The notes under the pieces are model-generated. The model did not search any database. It was not told the origin of the DNA and saw only the letters and a program-made list of their open reading frames with translations. Positions 1 to 9,770 of a DNA stretch of 64,000 bases are shown here, piece by piece. Every line of letters begins with the position of its first letter. Position 1 is the first letter of the stretch. This DNA comes from Bacillota bacterium. GTDB taxonomy: Bacteria; Bacillota; Clostridia; Acetivibrionales; DTU013. The stretch is from the NCBI GenBank assembly GCA_023435925.1, contig JAEZLF010000063.1, positions 496-64,495 of the forward strand, written 5' to 3'. The translations under genes and the position numbers were made by a program.

Positions 1-253
1 TATATGTTCCATTTTAAAATTAAATCGCCCATTTAATTAAGCTAGACTCTTATACGACGTTGTTCAATTTCCAATGGGGGCAAGCCCCCATACCCCCTCG
101 CTGCGGGCAAAATGAATTCGCCCTGCGCTACACTTCGTGCATGAAAACCAAATACAAAGCGAAACTAAATAGATTGAAAAATCAGGTCGCTTTTTGTATA
201 ATTAATAGATTAGTTTTTTCCTTAAGTAGGGGTATAACTCAGGAGGCTTCTAA

Positions 254-1297
254 ATGATCAATAATATGCGAATTATACGCACCAGAACACTGGATCCATG
301 GTGGAATCTTGCAGTAGAAGAGTATCTTCTTGACAGAGTGGAACCCGGACAATGTATTTTATATTTGTGGCAAAACGAAAATACCATTGTAATCGGGAGA
401 AACCAAAATCCCTGGAAGGAGTGCAGGACGGAGCTCTTTGAAAGTGAGGGCGGTAAGCTTGCAAGAAGGCTATCGGGAGGCGGTGCGGTATTTCATGATA
501 TCGGAAATCTCAATTTCACATTTTTGGCCAGCCGTGAAGTATACAATCTGGAGAAGCAGGTAAGGGTGATCCTTGATGCGGTGAAGAGTCTGGGAATTGA
601 GGCTGAAATGAGCGGAAGAAATGATTTGACAGCGGATGGAAGAAAATTTTCAGGTAATGCATTTTGTTTCAGAAAAACAACTGCCTATCACCACGGAACC
701 GTTCTGGTTTCCGCTGATTTTGAAAAATTATCGAAATATCTACAGGTTTCCACAGAAAAAATGAAGTCCAAGGGTATCCAATCCGTGCAGTCAAGAGTAG
801 TTAATCTTTCCGAACTCCAACCATCTCTTACGATTAGCGCTATGACGGATGCGTTGATTGCATCCTTCCGGGAGGCTTATGAATGTACGGCACCTGTCGA
901 GGAGACAATAAAAGACGGCAATGCAGGAAGAGATGCATTGGAGGAGCTTTATTGCAAATATTCTTCATGGGCCTGGAGATATGGAGAAGCGCCGAAATTT
1001 GATGTGGATATGGAAACAAGATTCCCATGGGGCGGCGTGGAAGTAGGACTCAAGCTGGAAAACGGCGTAATCAAAGACGCATCCGTATTCTCAGATGCGA
1101 TGGATGAAGCATATATCTCAACACTCCCGGAAATTCTGAAGGGCTGTGTATTCAGCTCGCAGCAAATGGCTCAACGGCTCCGCGAAGCCGCAGATGCCGA
1201 TGGTTCCGTAAATACGGCCGTTGATATGGCAGGAGGCAATACGGTAAGAGCAATGACAATGGATCTTGCTGATTGGTTGGAAAGCAAAGGTTTTTGA
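254..1297 (+). CDS. lplA: lipoate-protein ligase A
   Basis: 347-aa ORF with AGGAGG just upstream of the ATG. It has LplA/LipB-family catalytic motifs RRLSGGGAVFHDIGN and GRKFSGNA (conserved lysine). It lies directly upstream of the glycine-cleavage operon, whose H protein requires lipoylation. Confidence 0.9.
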   Translation: MINNMRIIRTRTLDPWWNLAVEEYLLDRVEPGQCILYLWQNENTIVIGRNQNPWKECRTELFESEGGKLARRLSGGGAVFHDIGNLNFTFLASREVYNLEKQVRVILDAVKSLGIEAEMSGRNDLTADGRKFSGNAFCFRKTTAYHHGTVLVSADFEKLSKYLQVSTEKMKSKGIQSVQSRVVNLSELQPSLTISAMTDALIASFREAYECTAPVEETIKDGNAGRDALEELYCKYSSWAWRYGEAPKFDVDMETRFPWGGVEVGLKLENGVIKDASVFSDAMDEAYISTLPEILKGCVFSSQQMAQRLREAADADGSVNTAVDMAGGNTVRAMTMDLADWLESKGF

Positions 1298-1324
1298 CAA
1301 AATAACTATATCATTTATATTGCA

Positions 1325-1545
1325 CATAGAATATAATGATTATGTGACTAATCATTGAAACACAGCTGAAGTAAGAAAATTTTTCTATAAACGAAAAATT
1401 TTCTTTGAACTGAAGTGTTATAATGATTATGAACAATCATTGAAACACCGTCAATGAAATGAAATATTTCTACAAAGCGTAATTTGCGAAGCAAATTATC
1501 GCCTAAACGAAAAATTCCATTTTAAACCAAGGCGTTATAATGATG
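1325..1545 (+). promoter_or_regulatory. triplicated promoter-like module (extended -10 boxes with inverted repeats) between lplA and the glycine riboswitch
   Basis: TATAAT occurs at 1332-1337, 1419-1424 and 1536-1541, each followed by GAT(T/G). The block AAACGAAAAATT is repeated at 1389-1400 and 1505-1516. Copies 1 and 2 contain ATAATGATT-N6-AATCATT inverted repeats. Only copy 3 is positioned to initiate just before the riboswitch. Confidence 0.4.
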
Positions 1546-1564
1546 GTGTAATTGAATAAAAGTG

Positions 1565-1770
1565 GATGATGGCTGCAGGAGAGACCCGCAAAGGCGGGAG
1601 CCGAAGAAGTAAGCTACGGGCTTGTCAGACCGGTGGTGAATCTTTCAGGCAAAAGGACTGCTGCCGAACAATACTCTGAAAAGCTTTGAATAGAGCACCG
1701 AAGGAGCAATATTGCAGGCCGGATAGACAAAAGGATGTCCGGCGTCAGTTGAATCTCTCAGGTTCATAAA
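1565..1770 (+). promoter_or_regulatory. tandem glycine riboswitch (two aptamers)
   Basis: Aptamer 1 reads GGAGAG...GCCGAAGAAG...CTTTCAGGCAAAAGGAC. Aptamer 2 reads CTCTGAAAAG...CACCGAAGGAGCAA...CTCTCAGG. Both match the conserved glycine-aptamer cores, and the element sits directly 5' of gcvT, the classical context. Confidence 0.85.
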
Positions 1771-1820
1771 CAGAGAAAAATGACAGTTATAATTTGTCGT
1801 TTTTTTCTGTTTTTATTTTT
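1770..1820 (+). terminator. riboswitch expression-platform terminator
   Basis: ACAGAGAAAAA (about 1770-1780) pairs with TTTTTCTGT (about 1802-1810), with an inner GACA/TGTC pairing. A TTTTATTTTT tract follows at 1811-1820. Confidence 0.6.
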
Positions 1821-1894
1821 GCGTCGATAGCGAGGACCGCCGGTTAGACAAGTGACAAATGGTATATATTATTGGTTAAGGAGGAGTTGGAATA

Positions 1895-2998
1895 ATGGAA
1901 ACAGGGAATCAGGAACAGCTGCTGAGAACACCCTTATATGAATCCCATGCGGCGGCAGGTGGAAAGATTGTTGACTTCCACGGATGGCTGCTGCCGATCC
2001 AGTACGCCGGTATTCTGAAAGAGCATGAAAGTGTAAGGACAGCAGCAGGCTTATTTGACGTGTCTCATATGGGGGAGCTGGAGGTAAGCGGTCCCGATGC
2101 ATTGGATTTTCTGCAGACACTGTTGGTCAATGATATCCGCACGAAACCGGGGAAGGCGGTATATTCGCCCATGTGCTATCCCGATGGAGGTACGGTGGAT
2201 GATCTGATTGTCTACAAGCAATCAGATGAGAAGTATTTACTGGTGGTAAATGCATCGAATACACCGAAGGATTTTCAATGGCTGCTGGAAAACAAGAAGG
2301 GAAATGTCACCATATCAAACCGCTCGTCAGAATATTCTCAGCTGGCACTTCAAGGGCCTGAAGCGGAAAATATACTGCAGCAATTCACCTCTGTCGATCT
2401 TCATAGCCTGCGTAACTTCAGATATACAGATGAAGCAGCGGTTGGAGGGTTTCAGATGCTGCTGTCACGCACAGGATATACGGGAGAGGATGGATTCGAG
2501 CTGTACTGCCGGCCGGAGGATGCCGTGAAGCTTTGGGATATGCTTCTGGATAAGGGAAAGGACCGCGGGCTTGTACCGGCAGGACTCGGAGCCAGAGACA
2601 CCCTGCGGCTTGAAGCAGCGCTGCCTCTTTACGGGCAGGAGCTTTCAGAAAACATTTCGCCGGTCATGGCAGGCCTGCAGCGATTCATTAAGCCAGAAAA
2701 AGGTGAGTTTATCGGGCGGGAAGCATTGGTACGGCAGCTGGACGGCGGCATGGAGAAAAAGCTGGCCGGATTTGAGATGATGGACAGGGCGGTGCCCAGA
2801 AACGGATACGAAATATTCTGTAATGGCACAAATGTTGGGTATGTAACAAGCGGCGGATATTTTCCCACCTTGAAGAAAAATATGGGCCTTGCACTTCTTG
2901 ACGCAGGCTGCGCAGAAGAAGGCAGTGAAATCACGATTCAGGTAAGAGATGCATTATATGCCGCAAAAATAGTCAAGCTGCCCTTTTATAAGAGATAA
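1895..2998 (+). CDS. gcvT: glycine cleavage system T protein (aminomethyltransferase)
   Basis: 367 aa, GGAGG RBS. The typical GcvT N-terminus is present (RTPLYESHAAAGGKIVDFHGWLLPIQY, LFDVSHMGE). It is the first gene after the glycine riboswitch. Confidence 0.95.
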   Translation: METGNQEQLLRTPLYESHAAAGGKIVDFHGWLLPIQYAGILKEHESVRTAAGLFDVSHMGELEVSGPDALDFLQTLLVNDIRTKPGKAVYSPMCYPDGGTVDDLIVYKQSDEKYLLVVNASNTPKDFQWLLENKKGNVTISNRSSEYSQLALQGPEAENILQQFTSVDLHSLRNFRYTDEAAVGGFQMLLSRTGYTGEDGFELYCRPEDAVKLWDMLLDKGKDRGLVPAGLGARDTLRLEAALPLYGQELSENISPVMAGLQRFIKPEKGEFIGREALVRQLDGGMEKKLAGFEMMDRAVPRNGYEIFCNGTNVGYVTSGGYFPTLKKNMGLALLDAGCAEEGSEITIQVRDALYAAKIVKLPFYKR

Positions 2999-3105
2999 GC
3001 CGAATAAAAAATAAAGCCGGTTCGGAAAATATGATACAGAGATTGTGTAAAGTGGGATAGGAAAAACAAAGTATAAAAATAACATCAAAATAAGGAGGCA
3101 ATGGT

Positions 3106-3489
3106 ATGAAAACTTATCAGGGAATGAAGTACACAAAGGAGCATGAGTGGGTCAGGGAGGAAAACGGAATATTCTTCATCGGTATTACAAATTTTGCACA
3201 GCTGGCTATGGGAGACATCGTATTTGTCGAGCTGCCCAAACCGGGCAAGAAGCTGAAGGCCGGCGACCAGCTCAGTGTTGTGGAGTCTGTCAAAACAGCT
3301 TCCGATGTATATTCGCCGGTATCCGGAGTGGTGACCAAGGTCAATGATCTACTGACCAACACACCTGAATTACTGAATACAGAACCTTATGAAAACTGGA
3401 TCGTGGCCATTGAACCGGAAAATACGGCGGAATTGAATGAATTAATGGATGAACAGCAATATGGAGAATTTTGTACAAAGGAGGCGTAG
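3106..3489 (+). CDS. gcvH: glycine cleavage system H protein
   Basis: 127 aa with the lipoyl-lysine motif VVESVKTASDVYSP and an AGGAGG RBS. Confidence 0.95.
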   Translation: MKTYQGMKYTKEHEWVREENGIFFIGITNFAQLAMGDIVFVELPKPGKKLKAGDQLSVVESVKTASDVYSPVSGVVTKVNDLLTNTPELLNTEPYENWIVAIEPENTAELNELMDEQQYGEFCTKEA

Positions 3490-3492
3490 CGC

Positions 3493-4848
3493 ATGAGTGC
3501 GTCCAGATACATACCCAATACGGAGGAAGACCGGAGGCAAATGCTGTCGGCAATCGGGCTTACGGACATTGAGGAGCTCTTTGCCGATATCCCCCAAAAT
3601 GTGAAGCTGGGGAGAAGGCTGGAGCTGCCGGAAAGCGTGTCGGAACCAGAATTGACCCGGCATTTTCGAAGTCTTGCCTCTAAAAATGTCCATTCAAACG
3701 ATTATCCATGTTTTCTGGGGGCGGGTGCCTATGACCATTTCATCCCGGCTGTTGTAAAGCACATCACCTCACGCTCGGAGTTTTATACATCATACACCCC
3801 GTATCAGCCTGAGATCAGCCAGGGAATGCTGCAGGCCATTTTTGAATACCAGACCATGATATGCCAGCTTACCGGATTGGACGCATCCAATGCCTCTATG
3901 TACGATGGTGCAACTGCTTTAACAGAGGCTGCTTTTATGGCAGTACGGGCAACCGGCAGAAATGTGCTGGCCGTGTCTGAGGGAGTACACCCGGAATATC
4001 GGGAGGTTCTCAAAACCTATGCGAGGTTTAACGGCATAACGGTACAGGAAATGGAGCTTTCGGACGGGAAAACCAGCGTGGAAGATTTGGAAAGCCGCTT
4101 GGGAGAAGACTGCGGGGCAGTGATTGTACAAAGTCCAAACTTTATCGGGACCGTAGAAGATCTGAAGAGTATTGCTGAAGCAGCGGCAAAAAAAGGCGCA
4201 TTGTCCATAGCATCCGTGGATCCCATATCCCTTGCACTGCTTAAGCCGCCGGGAGAGTGTGGCATCGACATTGCAACCGGTGACGGTCAGGCTCTGGGCA
4301 ATTCTTTGAACTTTGGAGGCCCGCATCTGGGCTTTCTGGCTGTGAAAAAGGAACTGATCAGAAAAATGCCGGGCCGGATCGTAGGCCAGACAACCGATCA
4401 TGAAGGGAAAAGAGGCTTTGTGCTGACGCTGCAGGCAAGGGAGCAGCATATACGCAGGGAAAAGGCAGTCTCCAACATCTGCTCCAACCAATCACTGAAC
4501 GCACTTGCAGCAGCAGTTTATCTTTCTGTAATGGGCAGAGAAGGGTTGAAGGAGGTCGCAAATCAGTGTCTGCAGAAATCCCATTATGCCTATGAAAAGC
4601 TTCTGGCGACGGGTAAATTTGCAAAAGTCACTAATGAGCCGTTTTTCAAGGAGTTTGCTGTCAAGGCTCTAAAGGAACCGGTTTCCGGCATAAATAGGCG
4701 CCTGCTGGACAATGGGATCACCGGCGGTCTGGATCTGGGACAAACAGCTCCGGAATTGGATAATTGCTGGCTCGTGGCGGTAACAGAAAAGCGGACAAAG
4801 CAGGAAATCGACCGGTTTGTGGAGCTGGCTGCAGGAGGTGAAGAATAA
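3493..4848 (+). CDS. gcvPA: glycine dehydrogenase (decarboxylating) subunit 1
   Basis: 451 aa with the GcvPA-type N-terminus ([36 protein letters not shown]). It starts 4 nt after gcvH. Confidence 0.95.
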   Translation: MSASRYIPNTEEDRRQMLSAIGLTDIEELFADIPQNVKLGRRLELPESVSEPELTRHFRSLASKNVHSNDYPCFLGAGAYDHFIPAVVKHITSRSEFYTSYTPYQPEISQGMLQAIFEYQTMICQLTGLDASNASMYDGATALTEAAFMAVRATGRNVLAVSEGVHPEYREVLKTYARFNGITVQEMELSDGKTSVEDLESRLGEDCGAVIVQSPNFIGTVEDLKSIAEAAAKKGALSIASVDPISLALLKPPGECGIDIATGDGQALGNSLNFGGPHLGFLAVKKELIRKMPGRIVGQTTDHEGKRGFVLTLQAREQHIRREKAVSNICSNQSLNALAAAVYLSVMGREGLKEVANQCLQKSHYAYEKLLATGKFAKVTNEPFFKEFAVKALKEPVSGINRRLLDNGITGGLDLGQTAPELDNCWLVAVTEKRTKQEIDRFVELAAGGEE

Positions 4849-4849
4849 T

Positions 4850-6379
4850 ATGCCTAACAATATAGAGAGTAATACGATAACAGACAATAAGTTAAATAGC
4901 GCGGCGAATAGCATATCCAACAGCCTCCATGAGATGGAGCTGATATTCGAGATCAGTAAAACCGGCAGGAAGGCATATAATTTGCCGGAATGTGATGTGC
5001 CCCAACAGGATCAGGAAAGCCTGCTCCCTGCTGAATTACTCAGAGAAGCGGATGCAGCATTGCCGGAGGCAAGCGAGGGAGATGTGGTGAGGCATTTTAC
5101 ACAGCTCTCCCGGCGAAATCACGGAGTGGATTCCGGGTTTTACCCTCTCGGCTCCTGCACGATGAAATACAATCCCAAGATCAATGAAGAAGTGGCCGGT
5201 TTGGAGGGCTTCACCGGTGTACACCCATATCAGCAGGCGGATACGATTCAAGGCTGTCTGCAGGTAATATATGAGATGGACCGGATGCTCTCAGAGATTA
5301 CCGGCATGGAGCAATTTTCTCTCCAGCCGGCAGCCGGAGCCCATGGTGAGCTGACAGGCCTCATGATCATGAGAGCCTATCATCAGAGTCGGGGAGACGA
5401 GGCCCGTACAAAGATTATTGTACCGGATTCCGCTCATGGTACAAATCCTGCTTCGGCGGTGCTGGCAGGCTTTGAAGTGGTTGAAGTGAAATCAGATGCC
5501 AGAGGCGGAGTGGATATCGATGCATTGAAACAAGCGGTGGGTAGTGATACGGCGGGGCTGATGTTGACGAACCCTAACACGCTGGGATTATTCGACGAAA
5601 ACATCAACGAAATCGCCAAGATCATTCACGATGCGGGAGGATTGCTTTACTATGACGGAGCAAATGCCAACGCAATACTGGGCATTTGCAGACCGGGGGA
5701 CATGGGCTTTGATGTGGTCCATCTGAATCTCCACAAGACCTTCAGCACTCCCCACGGAGGAGGAGGGCCTGGAGCCGGTCCGGTCGGTGTCAAAAAAGAA
5801 CTGGTGCCATTCCTGCCCACACCGGTTGTGAGGCTGGAAAATGGCAGGTACAGCTTGGACAATGAACGTCCTCAGTCCATCGGACGAGTGAAAGGCTTTT
5901 ATGGCAACTTTGGGGTCATACTGAGAGCATATGCCTATATCAGAACAATGGGGCCGGACGGCCTTCGAAGTGTTTCTGAAACAGCAGTCTTAAATGCGAA
6001 TTACCTGATGGCAAAATTGAAAGATTATTTCCTGCTGGCATATGACCGTGTCTGTATGCACGAATTTGTGCTGTCTGGGCAGCGGCAGGCGGATAAGGGT
6101 GTCCGCACACTTGATATGGCAAAAAGACTTCTTGATTTCGGATATCATCCGCCAACAGTCTATTTCCCATTAATTGTCCATGAAGCCATCATGGTGGAAC
6201 CGACGGAAACAGAAAGCCTGGAGACACTGGACCGGTTCGCGGATACCATGATCAGAATCGCGGAGGAAGCGGAGAAGGAACCGGAAAAAGTAATTCATGC
6301 TCCATACAATACCGTAGTTACAAGGCTTGATGAGGTCAAAGCGGCCAGGACACCGGTTCTGAAATGGGAAGGTAAATAG
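4850..6379 (+). CDS. gcvPB: glycine dehydrogenase (decarboxylating) subunit 2
   Basis: PLP-lysine context [19 protein letters not shown] place the start at ATG 4850 (MPNNIES), 2 nt after the gcvPA stop and behind GGAGGTG, rather than at the track start 4817, which overlaps gcvPA. Confidence 0.93.
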   Translation: MPNNIESNTITDNKLNSAANSISNSLHEMELIFEISKTGRKAYNLPECDVPQQDQESLLPAELLREADAALPEASEGDVVRHFTQLSRRNHGVDSGFYPLGSCTMKYNPKINEEVAGLEGFTGVHPYQQADTIQGCLQVIYEMDRMLSEITGMEQFSLQPAAGAHGELTGLMIMRAYHQSRGDEARTKIIVPDSAHGTNPASAVLAGFEVVEVKSDARGGVDIDALKQAVGSDTAGLMLTNPNTLGLFDENINEIAKIIHDAGGLLYYDGANANAILGICRPGDMGFDVVHLNLHKTFSTPHGGGGPGAGPVGVKKELVPFLPTPVVRLENGRYSLDNERPQSIGRVKGFYGNFGVILRAYAYIRTMGPDGLRSVSETAVLNANYLMAKLKDYFLLAYDRVCMHEFVLSGQRQADKGVRTLDMAKRLLDFGYHPPTVYFPLIVHEAIMVEPTETESLETLDRFADTMIRIAEEAEKEPEKVIHAPYNTVVTRLDEVKAARTPVLKWEGK

Positions 6380-6390
6380 CGTAAGTATTT

Positions 6391-6420
6391 GGGGCAGCAT
6401 TTGTAATGCTGCCCCAAAAA
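6391..6420 (+). terminator. hairpin after gcvPB
   Basis: GGGGCAGCA-TTTGTAA-TGCTGCCCC is a perfect 9-bp stem 12 nt after the gcvPB stop. The trailing tract is A-rich rather than T-rich, so it may act bidirectionally or weakly. Confidence 0.5.
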
Positions 6421-6585
6421 TTTGTTCACAGCCCGGGTCAAATAGTATATAATATCTTCATTGCGAGCTGCGAAATAGCGAGCGAAGCTGAGGATATTAT
6501 ACGCTTCCGGCGGAATAACCTCACTATTATGCGAAACAACCGCGATATTATTATGAAGCAGGGTCACAAAGGGTAAATAACAAGC

Positions 6586-7020
6586 ATGAATGAAGACATT
6601 TTTCAGAGCATTGGAGAACAATCCTCCATAAAGCATGGCGATAGCAACACCTACTCGCCGTTAGTACTTGCCTATGTAGGTGATGCGGTATTTGAGCTAT
6701 TTGTCCGTACGTTACTTTTGAGCCATGGAAATGCGCCGGTTCACAAGCTCCATAAGCAATCCATTTCCTTTGTAAAAGCAAAGGCTCAGTCGGACACGAT
6801 TCATCAGCTTATGGACGGTTTGACTCAGGAAGAGCAGGATATTGTAAGAAGAGGTAGAAATGCAAAATCGGGGACCATCCCTAAAAATGCAGATGTAACA
6901 GAGTACAAATATGCAACAGGATTTGAGACGTTACTGGGTTATCTTTATATAAAGGGAGACTATGCGCGGCTGCTTGAGCTGTTGAAGCAATCAACGGAGC
7001 ATGGCCGGAACGGGATATAG
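6586..7020 (+). CDS. mrnC: mini-ribonuclease III
   Basis: 144 aa with the RNase III-like signature LVLAYVGDAVFELFVR. It lies immediately upstream of rlmB, as in the Bacillus yazC-yacO arrangement. Confidence 0.85.
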   Translation: MNEDIFQSIGEQSSIKHGDSNTYSPLVLAYVGDAVFELFVRTLLLSHGNAPVHKLHKQSISFVKAKAQSDTIHQLMDGLTQEEQDIVRRGRNAKSGTIPKNADVTEYKYATGFETLLGYLYIKGDYARLLELLKQSTEHGRNGI

Positions 7021-7094
7021 GTGTATTCGGAGCAATAATAAAGAGGCTCGAGAGGTTATCAATAAGTCAGCAGAAGCAGAAAGGGCGTATAGTT

Positions 7095-8402
7095 ATGGGA
7101 GAAAACAAAGGATTCGGCAAGGGAAGTCGAAATGAAGGATATAAGCCTGCAGGATGGGGCGGCAAGGGAGTCGGTGCACGCGGCCAAAATTCCGGTGGAG
7201 CAAGAGGCAGCAGTACATCGAATTCCGGTGGGGCGCGAGGCAGTGCATCAAATTTCCGCAGTAAGCCGAAGGATGCGCAGGACAGAGGCGGTTCGGCGGA
7301 TTTCCGCAGCGGCAAACCGAAGGATGCTCAGGATAAAGGTGGATCAGCAGATTTCCGTAGCAGCAAATCGAAGGATTCACAGAATAAAGGTGGGTCGACA
7401 GATTTTCGTGGCGGTAGAAGTAAAACCGGAACCAACGGTTTTAAGAGTGGTCACGGAACAGAAAAACCACAAGGCTTTGTCTCTGATGCTTTCCACGGAG
7501 ATAAAAAAAGCAGTGAATATAAAAGAAATGACAGGCAGCAGAAGCAGCCAGACTATCGAAGCAAGCGTGATGAGCTGCAGGAATCCAGAAATGTCTATGA
7601 GGAGAATAAGCTGCAGGACACCAGAAATGACTTTGAGGGAAACCGCGCGGAGGAGTTTCAGGGAGACCTTGACAAGCTGGAGGGCAGAAATTCTGTACTG
7701 GAAGCACTTAAGTCAGGAAGAAGTATTAACAGGATTTTTGTGGCAAAGGGCGATCGGGAAGGCTCGGTAAACCAGATCATCGCGATGGCCAGACAACATC
7801 ATATATTAGTTCAGGAAATCGATAGAGCCAAGCTGGATGCCATGTCTGTCACACAAGCCCATCAGGGTGTAATAGCACTTACTGCGGCAAAGGATTATGT
7901 CGAAGTGGATGATATTCTGGAAATTGCTGCTGCAAGTGGCAGAGCACCGTTCATTATTATTCTGGATGAAATCACCGATTCGCATAATTTGGGGTCTATT
8001 TTAAGAACCGCCAATGCGGCCGGCGTGCATGGTGTTATCATTCCGAAGCGCAGAGCGGTCGGTCTCACCTCTGTTGTTTCAAAAGCCTCTGCCGGAGCCA
8101 TTGAATATGTGCCGGTTGCGCGGGTTACCAATATTGTACAGACCATTGAAAAGCTTAAAAAGCAGAATATATGGGTAGCAGGCACAGATGCCACAGGAGA
8201 AAAGCCATACTTTGAGATGGATCTCACCGGACCCATTGCTCTTGTCATCGGAAGTGAAGGTGAAGGAATGGGGAAGCTTGTCCGTGAAAGTTGCGACTTT
8301 GTAGTAAACATTCCCATGCTGGGGCAAATCTCTTCATTGAATGCCGCTGTAGCCGGAGCGATTGTTACCTATGAGATATTAAGGCAACGGAGTAAAAAAT
8401 AA
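7095..8402 (+). CDS. rlmB: 23S rRNA (guanosine-2'-O)-methyltransferase, SpoU/TrmH family, with ~190-aa low-complexity N-terminal extension
   Basis: The C-terminal 245 aa carry SpoU motifs (LEGRNSVLEAL, LDEITDSHNLGSILRTA, IGSEGEGM, IPMLGQISSLNAAVA). The N-terminal part is G/S/R/K/D-rich and repetitive. Confidence 0.85.
   Translation: MGENKGFGKGSRNEGYKPAGWGGKGVGARGQNSGGARGSSTSNSGGARGSASNFRSKPKDAQDRGGSADFRSGKPKDAQDKGGSADFRSSKSKDSQNKGGSTDFRGGRSKTGTNGFKSGHGTEKPQGFVSDAFHGDKKSSEYKRNDRQQKQPDYRSKRDELQESRNVYEENKLQDTRNDFEGNRAEEFQGDLDKLEGRNSVLEALKSGRSINRIFVAKGDREGSVNQIIAMARQHHILVQEIDRAKLDAMSVTQAHQGVIALTAAKDYVEVDDILEIAAASGRAPFIIILDEITDSHNLGSILRTANAAGVHGVIIPKRRAVGLTSVVSKASAGAIEYVPVARVTNIVQTIEKLKKQNIWVAGTDATGEKPYFEMDLTGPIALVIGSEGEGMGKLVRESCDFVVNIPMLGQISSLNAAVAGAIVTYEILRQRSKK
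7254..7424 (+). repeat. in-frame 48-51-nt tandem repeat inside rlmB
   Basis: Three and a half units encode FRS(G)KPKDAQD(R/K)GGSAD, at 7254-7301, 7302-7352, 7353-7403 and a partial unit at 7404-7424. Confidence 0.85.
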
Positions 8403-8539
8403 TTCGTCTGATCAGATGCTGATTTTGCGGCAATAGCACCAATCACCGTTGCCGCTTATCAGTATGGTTGATAAAAGCATGTAAATGTGCACATGATAAA
8501 ATAGTATTCATTTATTGTAAGGCATGCGAGGTGAGTTTA

Positions 8540-9484
8540 TTGACGGATACGATTTCAGTAGTTTCCAAAGTCTTGCCTGTTATCTTAATGATCATACTTG
8601 GAAATATATTGCAAAGAACCTCGTTTCTTAAACAGAATACAATTGATGAACTAAAAAAGATTGTTGTGAATATTTCTTTACCGTCCTCACTTTTCTTAAC
8701 CTTTGCCGAAACAAATTTCGAAGCCAGATACCTGTTAATTTTTATTGCGGTATTTTTCACATGCGGTATCATGCTGTTTTTAGGTATGGTCTTTAATACT
8801 TTTACCGGTTTGAATAATCGTTATGCTCCGGCATTATTCAGTGGATTTGAAGCCGGTATGATGGGATATTCCATATTTGTCGCCGTCTATGGGGCTGAAA
8901 ATATGTATAAGCTTGCAATCATTGACCTTGGTCAGGTGACCTTTGTATTCTTTGTGCTTGTCAGCTATTTGCAGAGACTTAACGGTGAATCTGCCAATGC
9001 AAAACAACTAACGCTCTCATTCATAAAATCCCCTGTCATACTTTCTATCCTTTCGGGCATATTTATTGGAAGCCTGGGAATCATTGGGCCGGTAAAATCA
9101 TTCCCATTGTCCAATTCTATTCTGGAAATGTTAAAGCTGATTTCAAATATTACGGTACCGGTAATATGTCTGGTCATTGGATATGAGCTCCGCGTTGACC
9201 TAAAAAATATAAAAAAGCCGTTTCTTGCAGCTTTTACAAGGCTCGCAGTACTCTTACTGATTGCTTTTGTGTTAAACACTTTCTTAATAGAAAAAGTCCT
9301 TCATCTGGACAATACCTTCAAAATAGCGCTATACACCATGTTTCTTCTGCCGCCTCCTTTTGTTATCCCAATCTATATGAAGGATCACGATGAGAACAAC
9401 AAGCAGTTCATATTAAATACGATATCAATCTGCATAATACTTGCATTGGCGGCATTCCTCATTTTGATCATTATTATGCATTAA
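8540..9484 (+). CDS. AEC-family (auxin efflux carrier / malate permease-like) membrane transporter
   Basis: Polytopic hydrophobic protein of about 314 aa with AEC-like N- and C-terminal halves. The start is uncertain: TTG 8540 lies behind GAGGTG and GTG 8531 is an alternative. The track start 8468 adds a non-hydrophobic leader with no RBS. Confidence 0.7.
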   Translation: MTDTISVVSKVLPVILMIILGNILQRTSFLKQNTIDELKKIVVNISLPSSLFLTFAETNFEARYLLIFIAVFFTCGIMLFLGMVFNTFTGLNNRYAPALFSGFEAGMMGYSIFVAVYGAENMYKLAIIDLGQVTFVFFVLVSYLQRLNGESANAKQLTLSFIKSPVILSILSGIFIGSLGIIGPVKSFPLSNSILEMLKLISNITVPVICLVIGYELRVDLKNIKKPFLAAFTRLAVLLLIAFVLNTFLIEKVLHLDNTFKIALYTMFLLPPPFVIPIYMKDHDENNKQFILNTISICIILALAAFLILIIIMH

Positions 9485-9669
9485 TCCGGTTTAGTAAAAA
9501 AATTGTGTTCACGAAAGAATATGATTTTGTCGATAGTTATATAGAAAGATTTGTTTGACAGCTAACGATACATTATTTCCCAAACAAGCAAAACAAAATA
9601 TTGAATGGGATAATATCAACCACTGCGGATGAAAAAGCTTGGGGAACTGCGCAGAAGCCAAGCACCAGC

Positions 9670-9698
9670 TTGACATAAAAGAATGTGTTACGTATAAT
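9670..9698 (+). promoter_or_regulatory. sigma-A type promoter upstream of sigH
   Basis: TTGACA (9670-9675), a 17-nt spacer, then TATAAT (9693-9698). Both hexamers match consensus perfectly, 73 nt before the sigH start. Confidence 0.6.
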
Positions 9699-9770
9699 TA
9701 GGTGAGGTAATCGCTGGATTATCTTCCTATTTACATCAGGGATCTGCATTATATAAGAGGGGGCGTTTAA

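Noticed and set aside
60-257. 65-aa ORF upstream of lplA
   Set aside because: It has no convincing RBS and odd composition, and it ends inside the lplA RBS/start region. It is more likely an untranslated leader or promoter region.
3919-4491. 190-aa antisense ORF within gcvPA, and the many similar antisense ORFs inside gcvT, gcvPB, lacZ, res, the helicases and other genes
   Set aside because: These ORFs lie entirely inside well-supported genes on the opposite strand. They have no RBS and no recognisable motifs, which is typical shadow-ORF behaviour.
4817-4849. Track start of gcvPB, 33 nt upstream of my call
   Set aside because: It would overlap the last 32 nt of gcvPA. ATG 4850 lies directly after the gcvPA stop, behind GGAGGTG, and gives a typical GcvPB N-terminus.
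7132-7770. 212-aa alternative-frame ORF inside the rlmB 5' region
   Set aside because: It is an out-of-frame reading of the same repetitive DNA and has no RBS. The rlmB frame continues into a bona fide SpoU domain.
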